From NCBI GenBank assembly GCA_002633005.1, contig NMRA01000160.1, positions 62,001-126,000 of the forward strand: 64,000 bases of DNA, written 5' to 3'. Each line of letters starts with the position of its first letter. The stretch's first letter is position 1. The notes under the pieces were generated by a model. The model saw only the letters and a list, made by a program, of their open reading frames with translations, was not told the origin of the DNA and did no database searches. This DNA comes from Phoronis australis. Taxonomy: Eukaryota > Animalia > Phoronida. The position numbers were made by a program, and so were the translations under genes. This document shows, in pieces, positions 55,201 through 61,200 of the stretch.

Positions 55201-58200
55201 CTCAGGGCATGTCGGGTCAAGTGAACGTGACCTATCAAACTGTCCAATTGGATAACAGCAATCTCTTCATGTCTGGGGTCAAAGTATATCCTGCACTAGA
55301 AAATGCTGACTACATTCCAAAATCGGGCTTATTAATATTCAGCCCGGATCAGGTAATTTTATTTGTGGACATTTGAGGTGCATTTTGTTAACTTTCCTGC
55401 CTAGTGATGGGTGAGTTATGGAGTACTAATTTGTTAATATGAAACTCATGGGTGATATCTGCGTCATTAATGTTTCGCGTCACTCTGAAACCATTTTTGA
55501 CATGGCAATGCAGTGCTCAATAGAACACTACTGTAGTGTACTGTACCTGTCCTAGTTCACTCCCATATTCAGATAAATTCCCACTCCCAATTTTCTAGAA
55601 ATTTCACAATAAAGTACCAAGTTTTACTCCAGTGTAATTTGTATCCCATCAATATTGTTTCTCCATTTAAATTCTGCTGGCACAGTTGCTTTTGAAATTG
55701 AGTCTTTTGGCCTGTTATCCAGTTAAGTTGATTAGGACCAAGTATTGACTAGGGCATTAGCTGAGATGATGGGCCCATGGTCGGTGACATGGTTAAAATA
55801 CTGATTCAATACACAATAACCTATTCTGTATTCCACTACAGTCCTCCAGCTACATAACGATTCCGCTCACCCCCGTCCTTGCCTCTGACAATCCGCTACC
55901 CAAGCTCTTCCAAGTTCGTCTCAACAGCCCCACGGGGGGTGCTCGTCTTGACATAGATGCACGCGCGTCTAACGTAACCATCGTGGAGGACGGTGAGACG
56001 AAAGTGTGGGATGTCAGTTCTATGATCTACGAGCGACTGACAGATGACACTCATTTCAACAAGTAAGTTGACTTTACAACTATCCCCCATACGGTTTCGA
56101 CTTGGACAAAAGCGATATCCACATTCAAAGAACCTACTAGTCTATTGTAAAGCGTTCTCTCAATCTTTCATTGGATCTCACAAGTCGTTAATTAATATGC
56201 ACAGTGCTCGACACAGGCAAAAATGTCTGCTCAAAAATATGAGAGATGGCATATTTCTATTTGCGTTTCTTACAGTCATCCAATGCCACTGGCCACCAGG
56301 AACATGGTCTTGTTAGCGTCTTCTGCTGTGTATTTTTTGATAATCGAGTTTTTATAATTGACACTTACCAGATCTAAAATTTTCCACAGCCTTTCATGCT
56401 GTGCAACAAATTTATTCTTTAAAACAACAATTTTTTCTTTCGATTTTAAGAGCCAAATGCTGGTCTTGTTGGCATTCGAAGACCAAGCAATCTACATGCC
56501 CTACATGTGACATTTTGTGGATGATCTATTTTCCATACATCGCACGTATGCAGTGCCAACCAAGGGAATGTCGGGGTCACATGACGTTTTGTACCGTACT
56601 TGTATAGAACATTTTCAGTGCCAAGGGAGCAAACTTAAATCGCTCAACACACAGAATTCTGCACTAAGTCAAAGTATTTTAAGGCTTTTTATTGCATGCA
56701 AAACTAGATACTGAATACATAACCCAACATTGGACTCAAGATTTCTTTCTTGTGAAATTTGCACCCCATTCTTGTGCATCAATGTGTCATTCAGTCTTGG
56801 TATACAACACCTCGCAGAATTTTTGACGGTAAATTTTTTCCATGAATTATTCGAGCTGCAAAGTTTGAACAGCGCGAACAAATGGAGGTTTACCTGCTTT
56901 GCATCTTCAAGGACTTTGATGACATTCCTACAATGGTAGGTCAGTCCTAGAATTTTGTCTGGTATTTCTTCGACACGATGTTGTATTTTCTCTTAGTTCA
57001 AATTGCAAGTTATTTTTGTCTGAAATTGGTGAGGTTTTATTGTGCTAGTTTCATTAGCGATGATTTTGAATATTGAATTGTTGTCGCTTTCTGATTGATT
57101 GCATGAAAATTTTCAGCATACTAACGAGTCTACTCCAAGTTGTCCAGGATTCCAGTCTGAGCCAGCATCAGGTGATCGTCGTGGAAACGGTTCTGAAGAC
57201 GTTAATCGGTGAAGGGGAGAGGAGAAAGTATGTTGAATTCTAAAGTTAGACCCCTACAGGTGTTTGAAGTTGACAGCTGCACTGTTTCGGTTGGCTTGAG
57301 GTCATGACGTTTGGCGATTTTCCACAATTCAAAACTGGCAGGCTTCTTACTTTATGAGCAATAAACTGGACCCTTTAGTTAAACATCAACTTGATTTTGG
57401 CCCCTTACCTTGATCATAAAATCGGTCTCTTCATTCCCCACTCGAGCTGGATACGATGTCTAGGTTTGAAATGGACTGACATGTCGGTATATCTTCAGAT
57501 CACAGACATTCAGTTGCTCATCGTGAGTTGTTAAGTTCAGTCACCAGAGCATTATGGTGATTGGAAGAATTCCAGGTGATTTAGTGTAGTAACCAAATTA
57601 TGTCAATTCAACCAATGGATGAGATTGTTATGACGTTGCTTTGAGAGAGCAAACACACCTGTGAATATTCTTGAGGTTTTTGAAGCCAGGGTTCAGGGTC
57701 TAATCGTTGCACTCGAAATCCAACTCAAAATTATTTTCAACATATTCAATTCCACCTTTGCGCAAACTCAATATAAGTTTCTGTTTTCCCCTGTTCTATT
57801 ACACTATCATGGTTTATGTTGATGAATGTATACTGAAAGTTCGCACTTGATGACCTCTAGATTCAAGCTATAAACTCCAGTAAAAACTCAAAATCATTGA
57901 GTTATACTTGCAACTTATCGTGGTTATGGTGGCTTTTTCAAGTGTAGACAAGGGTTAGACAATCGTACAATGGACAATTCTACTGAGTTCAGACAAAAGT
58001 AGGACGGAAAATGTCACATTCGATTTCAAGTACGAAGACTAGACCCCGAGCCCTGAACGTTGTTTTAGCGGCTTTAAAGTTTCTTCAGCTGCCCGCCCTC
58101 CATTGTCTGATATTCTTGGCCAAAAATGTTTTTTGGAAGAAACCATACTGCTTGACTGTGTTTATGTGCAGCCAACAGCCAATGTCTAAAATCTTGGGAT

Positions 58201-61200
58201 AACATGCCTAATGCTGTGGACATGATTTATTGGTCACATTTCAACACTCCTACCTACTAGTGACGCCAAATCGGTTTTTCAGTTGAGACCTTGTTAGCAG
58301 TATTGACCAGTGAGGTCTGCCCACCTGCGAAATGCTAGCAAGTAGATCACGCATAACACTAATGTGACCTTGATTGACCTTGCCAGTTAGGTGATACAGT
58401 TGCCTGAGTGAGTGAAGCCTTTGCTGGTCACTATCAATTATAATAACGGAAAGAAATTGGTTTCTCATTTTTGTCTATTTTTTGTCAAGTAATCTAATAA
58501 TTCCATTTTCCTTCATTTGGAAATTGAACTTTGTTAAAGATTGACTCAGGTTTGTTTATTTTTACTTGGCAGGTTAAGCAGCAACGCAATCAAGAAATTC
58601 TTGGATATATTTTGTGCACTTCTCAGTTCAGTTCGCACAGATGCCACCAGAGGTCGCTTCCAGCTACGGCCAATTTACGAAAGCTTTGTCTTCATTACCC
58701 TGAAGGACAAAGTTTGTGAAAGCACTCTGTGAGTGATTTGTAATTGTGTGTTTATGTTAGTCATGTTTCAGAAGACTGTTCACTTGTAATGAACGTTTCA
58801 ACAGTCATCCGAATGAAACGTTCTGTAAGTACAATATATTTGCACTGTTTTCAAAAATGCTGTTAAGAATTGTTTTTCGAATTGGTTGACTTGTTTTCAA
58901 AGTTCATTACTGGTTGCTTTTTATGAAAAACTAAAAAGTTACTTGAAAACGACTTGGAAATTTAGAAAAGTACGATAATTGCATTTGGTTGCACCAAAAG
59001 AAACTTTATCTTGTTACTGAATGATGTCATTACTTCGTATAAAAGTGCCTCTCGTTTTTGCTGATGGTCGTTGTCACATCGTGCATAGCCCAATCGATGG
59101 CATATTGGTATTTAGTCCTCAATTATATTCCGCTTCCTTTGCCTTTTTAGAAAGTGCATACGTTGAGTTTTGTTGGTGTTTGGCTTAATTCACAAACTTT
59201 GTTTCTTAATTGAATAGGTATAGTTAACTCACCACTCTGTACATTCTGTGGAAAAGATGTAGAGAATCTTTGCCATGTATTTTGGGAATGTTTAGTTATT
59301 CAGAATTTTTGGGAAGTTGGTGAAAAACTAGTTTACAGCCAAACCAGAAATTGTTATTAGCTTGAGTTTGACAGATATTATCTTTGGGAAGGTGAAGGCC
59401 AAACATGTGATTAATCCCCTTATTAGCTTGAGTTTGACAGATGTTATCTTGGGGAAGGTGAAGGCCAAACATGTGATTAATTCCCTTATTTGCTTAGTAA
59501 AACGTCATATAATTTATATAGAGCTAGGTTAAATTCCAGACCTCCCTGCTTGCAATGGCTGAAAAATGATTTTTTTTAATATCATTACATAGAAAATGTA
59601 ATTTACTATAAGAGCTTGAATTATAAACATTTTAGAAAAAGATGGATCCATGTAGAAGGACGTTTTGTCTAACAATCTAATAATTATATGTGAATTGGGT
59701 GTGTATGGTATTAAAGTACACTTAGCACTCTGGGGTAAATGTTTATAACGTGCATCTGTAAGCTATGGTTGTGAATGTATTAAACATATTATTTAAAAAA
59801 ATCATAAACTTGCTGACAAAGTAACTTACAACCTAATCTATCCACAATGTTAAATAAATGTTCATCATAGTTGCTGATCATCTCCAGTGTGATAGCTGAA
59901 TGCTAATAGCACTCTGAGTGCTTCACGTTCCACGTAGTGCTAATTAGGTCAATCTGTGTAATAAGACATGCTAACTCACACTAAAGGACTGTTGCAAAGT
60001 ATTCTACATCCTAAATATGGACAAAAGCAGATGGCACTGCGTGGGTCTTCAATGTTCGTTTCCATAACTTTGCGGATTTCGCAATTCGCAGTACTCTGTT
60101 CATTTGGAGTGAACATTCACATTCGGATCTCCTCTCATGTTCACAGTTCAATTCTGATGAATTGTTCAAATTGCAGTGAGCACTCCTCTTAACGTTCACT
60201 GTTAACCGACCGTTCATTGTTCATTTCCAGTGAGCAATACTCTGAGTGTGCAAGCACCAGGTTCTCAACAGGCCGTCTCAAACCGGACACCATCAATGGG
60301 TACGAGTACAAAGCGGAACGTCAAGACTATATCACTGTTCCGTCGAAATTTTACCTGCGAACTGGAGCCAACGAACAGGTGAGTTGTGTGCAAGTGAATC
60401 GTCTTGTGCTTGCTTTCAGCAGTGTTCGTGTGAAACTGTACCTACAGTTTGGATATTGTTCGTTTCTGTATTTAATCCTTCCCTTTACCTGGTGATTGAG
60501 AATTAATTGCAAAAACCTCCCATTTGGTTTCATTTCCAGATGATTACGGTACCCAAATCGAGGCTAAGTCCAGGTCAATCTAGTCCATAGCTAAGCTCTG
60601 TGCAGTCTTGTCCGGCATCATGACTTGAAGGCCAATTATCTACCATGGTTCAAAGAGTTACTAAAACTACTAGATGGTACTGCAATGGGTACAAGGCAAC
60701 CAAACCATAACCCATATAATTATTTTTATGTGCCCTTATGTATATTCAAGAAAATAACTACGGTTTTAAAACTTGACATGTTTCGGTGTCATTTATTAAG
60801 CACCATCCTCAGAAGTCATAATACAGTGGCCACCTAGCTAGGCCCAGCAACAAGTAATGAAGCACAGATCTGTGTCAAGTTTTAAAACCGTAGTTATTCT
60901 CTTGAATTTATGCTGCTACTTGCTATCATGGAGACCTTATGTATATGGGCGCACTGTGACATCCTTCCCTTTCCTGTGACCATGCATCCAGTGTCCACTA
61001 TATATATATAATTAGTCAGACTGAGTGTTTTATTGCCATGAAGTCATAACTAATGATGTAATTGCTCTACTCTGTACAAATGGAGATAAGAACAGTGCTC
61101 CTGATGAGCAGGTGTCTTGAGAGCAATGGTTCTTGTACTTATGTATTGGCAAAGTAAATGGTGCAGTCACCTGGGCTGTTTCTGATGTTGTCTGCTGTGA

